Source of the DNA: Candidatus Cloacimonadales bacterium
Lineage (GTDB): Bacteria > Cloacimonadota > Cloacimonadia > Cloacimonadales > JAFGVF01
Length of the DNA stretch: 64,000 nt
Direction: 5' to 3'
Assembly: GCA_963662585.1 (NCBI GenBank)
Contig: OY759729.1
Location: forward strand, 1,316,947-1,380,946
Positions 30,901-37,859 of this stretch are shown piece by piece. The number at the start of each line of letters is the position of its first letter. The stretch's first letter is position 1. The notes beneath the pieces are model-generated. The model did not search any database, was not told where the DNA came from, and was given only the letters and a program-made list of their open reading frames with translations. Position numbers and translations under genes: made by a program.

Positions 30901-31200
30901 TACTTCATGTCTAATGATTTCAAATTCAAATCTATCACGGAAAAATAACATTTCTAATAAATCAAGTAAATAGGACATATAAACTATATGTAATGGGTTT
31001 TTATGATCTTCAATAATATTTATAAAATGAATCATTCTTTCCCAGGGAGATGGAACAGAATATCCTTGGCTGGAACTTTCACTACTATTTTGTTCAATCA
31101 TGTTATAAAAATTCTCAAAATCTTTGCTAAAGTCAATCCATTTACCAGGTGCTGGATTAGACATCTGGTTCTTATTCTTAGGTAGTAAGTGCCTTGGCAT
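27940..31200 (-). CDS. 1086-aa protein: unknown N-terminal half fused to an Hsp70/actin-fold (ASKHA) ATPase-like C-terminal half
   Basis: Phosphate-1-like VGFDFGTSHTNVA (aa 521-533), phosphate-2-like VIDVGGGSSDISIW (aa 748-761), adenosine-like DVCLAGNGIRS (aa 877-887) and KSEVVYGLC (aa 934-942) appear in the canonical order. There is no Walker A or DEAD/H box. A strong AAGGAGA RBS lies upstream. Confidence 0.65.
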   Translation of the reverse strand: MPRHLLPKNKNQMSNPAPGKWIDFSKDFENFYNMIEQNSSESSSQGYSVPSPWERMIHFINIIEDHKNPLHIVYMSYLLDLLEMLFFRDRFEFEIIRHEVTFENNKDSIIREIFELFPFGPEIKKINILTIKTLSNREIVLGGTCPNSLFFISQEITENRYLKRYFRKPVLLKDRPERFQIYIMYYLLPELKSNPDYKVLYNALLEDKGICENCNISFSKLPDENDPLFNNEEGMLDKLRIYKGGILSSGLIINPSKSDQRILPLIINPDHNMVNSVIYDSYKWYKNYKLSELKNKNRFVLPGEQVKYPWISPFHDFFTPFIIQNNVDFNKNNFVLGEESSLSKYTIPLTDLYFTYFDYADVEKYLSISDAGSKGIKVSLDIPTKNGIININKYYHQGVNSNEENILLKFVNEETPVPNVLIWPKINSKQWRLPYYLLVSKSLNDKFDLNVEFYDSKFTPIIYDPSRKTGEQDVTQIEVAALKKLPVYIKLIEKTSKNYNYLILNLSNLTDVENCKNNAIVGFDFGTSHTNVAILIDDHQNDTNCELLKYNSLFDEININKHEFISSISPTDKEIKANPIITDFWKNITNWFLPNVFLNDNSKDYSVNMPFNTRIYIDKRNEHPIPIRDSVISYVKNLNILRINLEEYYNLKWHINNENQVRSEAFLKTIFFLVYAELIKKRVNLESTLFRWAYPKAFSSEQIRNYNIMWSNILNNPNIESYDESKASLMYFNHIGKIEKNSSNLSIVIDVGGGSSDISIWKNGGILMLFSHLWAGNNVIGYKDSNMKIISPLYDIIKERYLYDNKVNENELNSYSGDFKTIYNIMVSKISTQSMKKMTTQDKFNRPRLILLYFYSALFFEIGSQMKNYVNDYTKIDVCLAGNGIRSITWTSPVENKILEDELEIYKTIINFSLRHSDEKVDKDIDFIVSSSNKSEVVYGLCNMDKKFSDMNSVYTPVINENLYVNGNVKECSVEISEFDEIFNEKDNKLSELNLIKEETNLYKFNVYFFNVVKESKLYKDIFSKDEKLKNMDQLLFDLFDDWGKIEGKIRTSMTDNYQKYQTLSSSIFIIGMQDLIKKLNHLLME

Positions 31201-31209
31201 CTTGTCTCC

Positions 31210-32580
31210 TTACAAAATATTGTTTAAGTTTTTTATGATTTTATCAATAAAGTCACCCGTAAGATCAATATCATCAAATAATATTTTATCAAAGTATGAA
31301 GAATCTTTCTTTCTGTATTTATCTTTGTTATTAAATAATAATGTAGATAAATTTAGCTCTGAATCAATGATCTTCAAAGCAGGCGCATTATTACTCATTT
31401 GCCAAATCCAGATTTTGAACAATTCCATAAATTCAATTAGTTTTTTAAACTCGTTAGAATTTTCTATAAATGTAGGATAAGTAATATCTAATTTTCTTAA
31501 CCAACCAATTCTATTTATTATTTTCTTGTTTTTGCTAATTAGTAATCCATTCAAATCAATCAAGTAATTGTATATTAATCCCATTTTTTCAAATGGCTCA
31601 TTCTTCTTTTTATGGGGTAGGTCTTCAGACATTAGCGAATAGTCATCAATATTTTCAGTGGGATTACTCGCACCAATTCTCATAAATGATGAATATTTTT
31701 TGTTTTCCCAAAAATTAATAGCTGAATATCCTGCAAGTAATTCTATAAAATGAGAATCATTGATCTGAGTTTTATTACCAATAGAATAATTATCAATTAT
31801 TTTTGTATTTGCAAAATCTTCTCCGATGATATAAACACTGTCAAAATTCTCATACTTCTCTTTATAGTACTGACAGGAAGAAATAGTATTACCAATGAAG
31901 TTAGCAGAATCTGGCAATATTTCATCTTTATCATTAGTATGTAAGTTTTTGTTAAGATGAAAATATGGAAGAATCAGAGATCCGCCAACAGAAGTTTTCG
32001 GCGATTGATTCTTTATCATTCGCGATATAACAGGAAAACCTGAAGCTCCTGTACCTCCAAATACTGAACTAAACAGAAACACTTTATCATCTTCATTTTT
32101 TTTAAGTTTCTGGATTATTAAATCCCATGGAAATAATTTACTATTATTTATAAAGTTTGACATTAACAACGAACCTATCGATGGCCTAGCCCTATAACCA
32201 AAAGTTAGATCTAAATTAAGTTCCTTTTTTGAATATAAAAGGTCTAATAATGCTTGTTCATCTTCGTTTAAACCGTTATAATTTACTATTTTTTTTAGAT
32301 TATTGTTTTCATTATTAATATTAACATGAGGATTTATCCTTTTAATTAAAGATATTGAAGTAAAAAATAATGAACCTTTGCTTGGTTCCTTTAAATGTTG
32401 ACGGATTTCCTGATAATGTTTAGCAAGATCTTCAGCCCTATTTGCATTACCATTCCCAGCATCTGGATCAATAATATATATATCTACTTCACTTGGACCT
32501 AATCCCATAGCACAGAGAAATATAAAAGATTCAAGACATCTTGTTCCTGTCCCACCAACTGCAAAAATATGATAAGTCAC
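31210..32580 (-). CDS. Tubulin/FtsZ-superfamily-like GTPase (Tubulin_2 / FtsZ-like type)
   Basis: An N-terminal Gly loop IFAVGGTGTR (aa 5-14) and a tubulin-signature-like FGGTGASGFPV (aa 174-184) follow a beta-strand (KVFLFSSVF). The GTG start overlaps the upstream TAG stop (TAGTG). Confidence 0.6.
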   Translation of the reverse strand: MTYHIFAVGGTGTRCLESFIFLCAMGLGPSEVDIYIIDPDAGNGNANRAEDLAKHYQEIRQHLKEPSKGSLFFTSISLIKRINPHVNINNENNNLKKIVNYNGLNEDEQALLDLLYSKKELNLDLTFGYRARPSIGSLLMSNFINNSKLFPWDLIIQKLKKNEDDKVFLFSSVFGGTGASGFPVISRMIKNQSPKTSVGGSLILPYFHLNKNLHTNDKDEILPDSANFIGNTISSCQYYKEKYENFDSVYIIGEDFANTKIIDNYSIGNKTQINDSHFIELLAGYSAINFWENKKYSSFMRIGASNPTENIDDYSLMSEDLPHKKKNEPFEKMGLIYNYLIDLNGLLISKNKKIINRIGWLRKLDITYPTFIENSNEFKKLIEFMELFKIWIWQMSNNAPALKIIDSELNLSTLLFNNKDKYRKKDSSYFDKILFDDIDLTGDFIDKIIKNLNNIL

Positions 32581-32999
32581 TAAAAGCTCCTTTTATCGAA
32601 GATTCTTGTTATATATATCTTTTCTTTAAAAACACCTATTTCATTTAAAATCGTTATAATAATAATATAAACTAAAGCATTAACAATAAAGTGATTAATC
32701 ACAAACATAAATATCATTGATGTTATATCTATTGTATCAAGAATAGCTAACTTTTTTATTGAAAGATAGATAGTATATATAGTATTCACACAAATATCAA
32801 TCACAAAAAACAACCAAAAATAATATCTACCTTTTATCCTACTATAAGGAATAAAATAGTAACCAATAATTAAAAAAATTATAGTTCCCAAACCAACTAA
32901 CATTGCCCGATCCATAGTAGTCATCCATGTATTGAGATTATCGGTTCCTAGTTTTGTAAGTTCTCCATATAATAAAAAATATACTATTTTATAAAGCAT
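32580..32999 (-). CDS. Small 4-TM membrane protein, unknown function
   Basis: 139 aa with about four hydrophobic helices. It starts 1 nt after the upstream stop and its own stop overlaps the next start. Confidence 0.55.
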   Translation of the reverse strand: MLYKIVYFLLYGELTKLGTDNLNTWMTTMDRAMLVGLGTIIFLIIGYYFIPYSRIKGRYYFWLFFVIDICVNTIYTIYLSIKKLAILDTIDITSMIFMFVINHFIVNALVYIIIITILNEIGVFKEKIYITRIFDKRSF

Positions 33000-33000
33000 T

Positions 33001-34281
33001 CTATTTCCTTTTATTAATTTTTAAGTAATACTCACTATTGCATAATTGCCCACTAACTAGCATTTTTTCATTAATTGCTTCAATTAATGAACTGATTTTA
33101 TATGTCTTTTCTTTATTTTCTAAAATACTATCATCTTCAGTGTTATTCAGATAAACCCATTTATATTTATCAATACTATCCCGAAAAGTTAATCTACATA
33201 AATACTCTCCAATCGAAGAATCCCCAAAAGGTAACAAAAAAGTTATCTTTTTTCCCTGATTACCAGAAATCACATTCTGAGAATTAAGATTAATCGACCC
33301 ACTATATTTGGAATTTACTGAAACTAATGAATCTGTTATGTTTATTATTTTATAATCAATAACATTTCCTATATCATAAGTAAAGTTTTTCAAAGTTATT
33401 CGTAAAGAATCAGCATTTTCATTCAAATTATACTCAGTCAATGGGATATTTTCAAATTGTTTATTCATATAAAAGGTAGGTGGAAAATTATAGCCATCAA
33501 TATTATCAGAATATTTTAGATTGTTTGTCATTTTCTCACTAAATCTAATTGAAAAATCGAAAATATTTTTTACTTTCTTATTAATGAGATATTCGCTATT
33601 ACTTCTACCTATGAATAACCCATAAATAGGTCTTTTTATTTGTAATACTTTAGGAAGATATTGCTTCTTTGCTTCTGAATAATAGTTTCCTAAAAAATCA
33701 ATTTTTTTCATATAAATATTTAAGAAACCTTTTTTTGCAACCAGATCCGAAAGTTTAGCTGGAAATAATTGAGAATCGATTTCTGAGTATTCAGTTGATA
33801 GGATAAGATCTGTTAAAATTAAGTAGACAGAGTTAAAGTCATCTTTTTCAATAAAATCTATAACTTTTAAAAAATTGGTATATTGGTCATCATATTTCAA
33901 ATGTTTCTCATTGTTTTTATCAGGCTTGATGTAATAAATTGATTCCGCAATATCACCTTCAATTTCTTTAATACTAGATCCAAAAGTATATAATTTAATA
34001 TCTTCATTGCTAAAATTGCTACATATTGAAGAAATTAATCCTACCATACTACTATTACCAGTTGTATATCCTTTCATTGTTGCACTTACATCAATGAAAA
34101 TCTTCATACTCTTTAATGAGTCAGAAGTTGAAGGTTGATAAACTCCGAAATATTCATTTAACACTGATAAATTTTCTTTTTTATCTTCAAATAAATTACT
34201 ATCGTTAATTCCAGTATACTTATTACAACTAATGAGCAATGCCAATAAACATAACATAAAAATGAATGATTTCACAGTCAT
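33001..34281 (-). CDS. vWA-like lipoprotein (start revised to internal ATG)
   Basis: The lipoprotein signal MTVKSFIFMLCLLALLISC starts at the ATG at 34281, preceded by a GGAGA RBS. A candidate promoter lies inside the longer listed ORF. vWA/MIDAS-like motifs occur in order: KIFIDVSATMKG (DxSxT), IKLYTFGSS, YTNFLKVIDFI, VYLILTDL. Confidence 0.55.
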   Translation of the reverse strand: MTVKSFIFMLCLLALLISCNKYTGINDSNLFEDKKENLSVLNEYFGVYQPSTSDSLKSMKIFIDVSATMKGYTTGNSSMVGLISSICSNFSNEDIKLYTFGSSIKEIEGDIAESIYYIKPDKNNEKHLKYDDQYTNFLKVIDFIEKDDFNSVYLILTDLILSTEYSEIDSQLFPAKLSDLVAKKGFLNIYMKKIDFLGNYYSEAKKQYLPKVLQIKRPIYGLFIGRSNSEYLINKKVKNIFDFSIRFSEKMTNNLKYSDNIDGYNFPPTFYMNKQFENIPLTEYNLNENADSLRITLKNFTYDIGNVIDYKIINITDSLVSVNSKYSGSINLNSQNVISGNQGKKITFLLPFGDSSIGEYLCRLTFRDSIDKYKWVYLNNTEDDSILENKEKTYKISSLIEAINEKMLVSGQLCNSEYYLKINKRK

Positions 34282-34309
34282 TATAATCTCCATTTTACTT
34301 AGTATACAA

Positions 34310-34338
34310 ATTAATAAAGGCATATCTTTTTTTGTCAA
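34310..34338 (-). promoter_or_regulatory. Candidate sigma-70 promoter of the seven-gene operon
   Basis: The minus strand reads TTGACA (34338-34333), 17 nt, then ATTAAT (34315-34310), about 25-30 nt upstream of the ATG at 34281. Confidence 0.4.
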
Positions 34339-34450
34339 GAGTTTATTTATTAGTAATAAAAATTTGGCATCATAATTGAATCATAACAATATAACTATCT
34401 ATATTAACAATGAAGATTTATTAACTAAGCTAACATTTAACACAAATCGA

Positions 34451-36556
34451 GTAGGGTGGTGCGTTAGCACCATCCCTCTCACAGAACCGTGCGTACGGGA
34501 CTCGTACACGGCTCCTGATAAACCTTGTAATTATTCATAATAATTAAATAAAACACTTGTAGGTTTCGATAGTAAGTCATATAGCCCTAATTGCTCAAAC
34601 CATTCATTAGGTAAAGCTCTATGAATATGATAACAACCAGAATTCCTCCAATGTGTCATAGATATTTTCGGAAAATCACTTTTATGCCCAACTCTTCTAA
34701 GTTGTTGGTGAAAAGCTTTCCAACTTTTCCATTCCCGCATTTTCTTCATTCTTAGTCGCCGCCTTATCCATGATAATAGAGACTGAAAGACTCCTTTGCA
34801 ATTTGCCACCCTAAAGTAATTCGACCAACCTCTCAATATCGGATTAAGTCTTTTAATCATTGTCTGGACATTAATTCCGCTATTCCGTGGAGTCAGTGAC
34901 CGAATCTTATCTTTGAACGCTTTTACTCTTTTATCCTCTATCTTTACATATGATTCATGTATTTCGAAGCCAAGATACTTGACTCCTTTAAATACACTCG
35001 CAATATGTGTCTTTTCTTCATTTACGATGAGATAAATTGAGTTTAGATATTCTACCGCAATTCGTTGATATTGTTCTGCTTTTTTCTTAGTCTTAGCAAA
35101 AAGTAAAATGTCATCAGCATAGCGTACTATCTCGATTCCTCGACTTTTCATTTCTTGGTCAAAACTATCAAGATATATGTTCATAAGAAGTGGAGAGATT
35201 ACCCCTCCTTGTGGACTTCCTACTTCAGTTTCGCTATACTTCCCTTCTTGCATAACACCAGACTTTAAGATTTTCTCTATCAACTTTAATAATGTTCCGT
35301 CACTTATTTTCCTATTTAATGATTGCATTATGAATTTATGATTTAATGTATCAAAACATTTTGATAAATCCATATCCACTACAAAAGGAAGCTCTTCCTG
35401 AACCATTAATATATGTGCTTTAGCCACTGCCTTTTGACAACTTTTGTTGGGACGGTAGCCATAGCTTTGTGGATGAAAATCAGGTTCAAAAATTGGTTGG
35501 ATGATGTTATTTATTGCCTGCTGTACGATTCTATCTTTTACAGTAGGTATTCCTAATGGCCTCATCTTACCATTTCCTTTAGGTATCTCTACCCGTTTCA
35601 CAGGTGATGGGATATACTTCCCACTTTTCAATTCTAAATGAATCTGCTCTAAGTTCTCTTGTAGAGTCTCACCAAACTTAGATATAGTAATATTATCTAT
35701 ACCTTCTGCACCTCTATTTTTCTTTACCTTTAGGAAAGATTCATAGAGATTACCTTTTGAGTAAACTTTATCAATTAAACTGTACCACTTTTTCATTTAG
35801 TTTCTCCTTTTTCACAATAAACAATGTTTAAATTATACTTTCAAATGACAGTTAATTCAATGAAGACCTTCGAAGTTTTTAGCATAAAGCAATCTATCAA
35901 AGATTTTATAGGTTTTGACTATTATCCTTTTTTTAACTTCATCTACTCAGTCTCGTAAGGTCATGATAGAAAGAAGGTACTCACCACCGTCTATCCGAGC
36001 CTTGAATCTTTCGATTCTCTTCGTTTCCTACTTTTAAGAAAATATCTCTTTAATTATGTTTATTCTTTGGTTTATCTTCATCCCTTCACATGAGATATTT
36101 CCTTTTGAAAAATATCCCCCAATATTACTAAGAATATTGTCCCCTCTGTTTTATCCTCCAGTCTGTCACCAGCTTTCATAGGCAAAGGGTTAGTCACTAC
36201 TACGGAATCATCTGCCACCTGCTTATGCTTAATACAACTCTTGCCTTTCAGCTTGTAGTCATAGTTACTCTATTAGAGACATTAACAGGCTTCCCCAGTT
36301 AAGCTATCCTGCCTGAATGTAAATCCATCTGTTGTAATCCATGTAATCGACTGACTTTTGGGCGTTCTCACTTTTCGAAGAGTTACCCACTACATGAACC
36401 AAAATCAGTTTACTTTCGCTATGTTCCACATTCTTCCTGCGTCTTACTTCAGACCCTGCCGTTGCCAGCAACGCCCTTGACCTCAGATTGACTTCCTGTC
36501 AGTTGGGTGTCAGGACTTCTTTCAGTCCATCGGCTCAGATAACATTCTGGGCAAAC
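34451..36556 (-). mobile_element. Group II intron (full length, ORF in domain IV)
   Basis: On the minus strand, domain V GAGCCGUGUACGAGUCCCGUACGCACGGUUC (AGC triad) and a domain VI-like hairpin ending ...CACCACCCUAC at about 34451 directly follow the RT ORF. The GC-richer structured 5' part runs to about 36556 (GUUUGCCCAGA..., resembling the GUGCGCCCAGA-type 5' end). The 5' boundary is uncertain by about 10 nt. Confidence 0.8.
34531..35796 (-). CDS. Group II intron reverse transcriptase/maturase (no endonuclease domain)
   Basis: RT motifs including YADD (VRYADDILLF), RPLGIPTVKDRIVQQA and a maturase X motif (RGWSNYFR). At 421 aa there is no C-terminal HNH domain. Confidence 0.9.
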   Translation of the reverse strand: MKKWYSLIDKVYSKGNLYESFLKVKKNRGAEGIDNITISKFGETLQENLEQIHLELKSGKYIPSPVKRVEIPKGNGKMRPLGIPTVKDRIVQQAINNIIQPIFEPDFHPQSYGYRPNKSCQKAVAKAHILMVQEELPFVVDMDLSKCFDTLNHKFIMQSLNRKISDGTLLKLIEKILKSGVMQEGKYSETEVGSPQGGVISPLLMNIYLDSFDQEMKSRGIEIVRYADDILLFAKTKKKAEQYQRIAVEYLNSIYLIVNEEKTHIASVFKGVKYLGFEIHESYVKIEDKRVKAFKDKIRSLTPRNSGINVQTMIKRLNPILRGWSNYFRVANCKGVFQSLLSWIRRRLRMKKMREWKSWKAFHQQLRRVGHKSDFPKISMTHWRNSGCYHIHRALPNEWFEQLGLYDLLSKPTSVLFNYYE

Positions 36557-36583
36557 AACAAAGGCACGATTTCTCGTGCCTTT
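36557..36583 (-). terminator. Rho-independent terminator of buk; group II intron insertion site
   Basis: The minus strand reads AAAGGCACGA-gaaa-TCGTGCCTTTGTTGTTT. The intron 5' end begins in or just after the T-tract. Confidence 0.75.
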
Positions 36584-36610
36584 ATCATTCTATCTAATTT
36601 TTAATAAATA

Positions 36611-37690
36611 TTACTTTCCGTAGATTTTAGCTTCTTCTAAACCTTTAAGAACTCTAATTCCACCTTGACATAAAGCTTCCATCTCTTTTTCACCAGGGAA
36701 AAGCTCGATTGGAGCAATGAATTTAACTCTATCAGAAATAGTTTCTACAATCATATCATTATATACTAAGCCACCGGACATAAAGATAAGATCAACTTTT
36801 CCCTTAAGAACAGTAGCACAAGAACCAACTTCTTTAGCTACTTGATAGCACATTGCATCCTGAATTAATTTAGCTTTTTTATCGCCATTTTTAATCATTT
36901 CTGCAACATCTCTACCATCATCGGTACCTAAATAAGCAAGATATCCAGCTTTTTTAGATAAGTAGCCTAGTAATTCTTTCTTTGTATATTCACCAGAATA
37001 ACACATTTCAATAAGATCACCTATTGGTAAAGCACCTGCTCTCTGAGGAGAGAAAGGTCCCATTCCGAGAAGAGCATTATTAACATCCACAACTCTACCA
37101 TCTTTGATAGCAGCAACAGAAACACCACCACCCATGTGAATACCAATCATATTGCATTCAGAAAGAGGCTTGCCTAATTTTTCAGCTAATAAACGAGCTA
37201 TATATCTAATATTTAAAGCGTGAAAAAGTGATTGTCTTTTAATTTCAGGAATACCAGAAACTCGAGCAATTTCATCAAATTCATCAACCACAACAGGGTC
37301 AACGATATAAGCAGGAATACCATAATCGTTAGCTATTGATTCAGAGATAAAAGCTCCTAGATTAGAAGCGTGAATTCTTCCCCATAAAGCAGGGTCACTA
37401 AGATCTTTCTTCATCTCTTCATTAACAGTATAAGTTCCACCAGCTATAGCCTTCATTAGACCACCTCGGCCTACTACAGCAACTAAGCTTTTTGGATCTA
37501 CGCTGTTCTCTGCCATTGCTTCTAAAACTAACTTCTTTCTGTAATCATACTGCTCAATTATGCCACCAAAATTGTCTAATACTTCAGCATCATGTCTTAA
37601 TGTTTTAGTAAAAACTTCTTTGTGATCATCATAAACTGCGATTTTTGTTGATGTTGAACCAGGATTAATTGCTAATACGCGATTTTCCAT
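36611..37690 (-). CDS. buk: Butyrate kinase
   Basis: MENRVLAINPGSTSTKIAVYDD... and the overall acetate/butyrate kinase pattern. The start is revised to the ATG at 37690 with a GGAGGA RBS. The listed 56-aa extension is low-complexity read-through of the upstream region. Confidence 0.85.
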   Translation of the reverse strand: MENRVLAINPGSTSTKIAVYDDHKEVFTKTLRHDAEVLDNFGGIIEQYDYRKKLVLEAMAENSVDPKSLVAVVGRGGLMKAIAGGTYTVNEEMKKDLSDPALWGRIHASNLGAFISESIANDYGIPAYIVDPVVVDEFDEIARVSGIPEIKRQSLFHALNIRYIARLLAEKLGKPLSECNMIGIHMGGGVSVAAIKDGRVVDVNNALLGMGPFSPQRAGALPIGDLIEMCYSGEYTKKELLGYLSKKAGYLAYLGTDDGRDVAEMIKNGDKKAKLIQDAMCYQVAKEVGSCATVLKGKVDLIFMSGGLVYNDMIVETISDRVKFIAPIELFPGEKEMEALCQGGIRVLKGLEEAKIYGK

Positions 37691-37786
37691 AATTCCTCCA
37701 TTATTTAATTTTATCTTTTCCCAAAAAAATAGATACAGGGAAATATGGTCAAGAAGTAATTGAATAAAATTTTTATCTTGATGTAA

Positions 37787-37821
37787 GAGAATTGAGAATT
37801 TAGAATTGAGAATTGAGAATT
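37787..37821. repeat. Five tandem heptamers GAGAATT (one TAGAATT)
   Basis: Read directly: GAGAATT GAGAATT TAGAATT GAGAATT GAGAATT, located 97-131 nt upstream of the buk ATG. Confidence 0.85.
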
Positions 37822-37859
37822 CACACGAATTATCGCTTATTAAAACAAATTTCACCAAT

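Noticed and set aside
30746-33287. Plus-strand ORFs inside the seven-gene operon (30746..30973, 31003..31185, 31124..31480, 31750..31944, 33102..33287)
   Set aside because: They are antisense shadows of long, well-supported minus-strand genes in AT-rich DNA. They are low-complexity Ile/Leu/Ser/Lys sequences without an RBS.
34282-34338. 19-codon N-terminal extension of the first operon gene as listed
   Set aside because: A lipoprotein signal with its own RBS starts at 34281, and the candidate -35/-10 elements lie within the extension.
34365-34379. TGGCAT-N5-TTGA on the plus strand upstream of the novel operon, as a possible sigma-54 promoter
   Set aside because: It has the wrong orientation for the minus-strand operon, pointing into the intron antisense. 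The -12 element is TTGA rather than TTGC.
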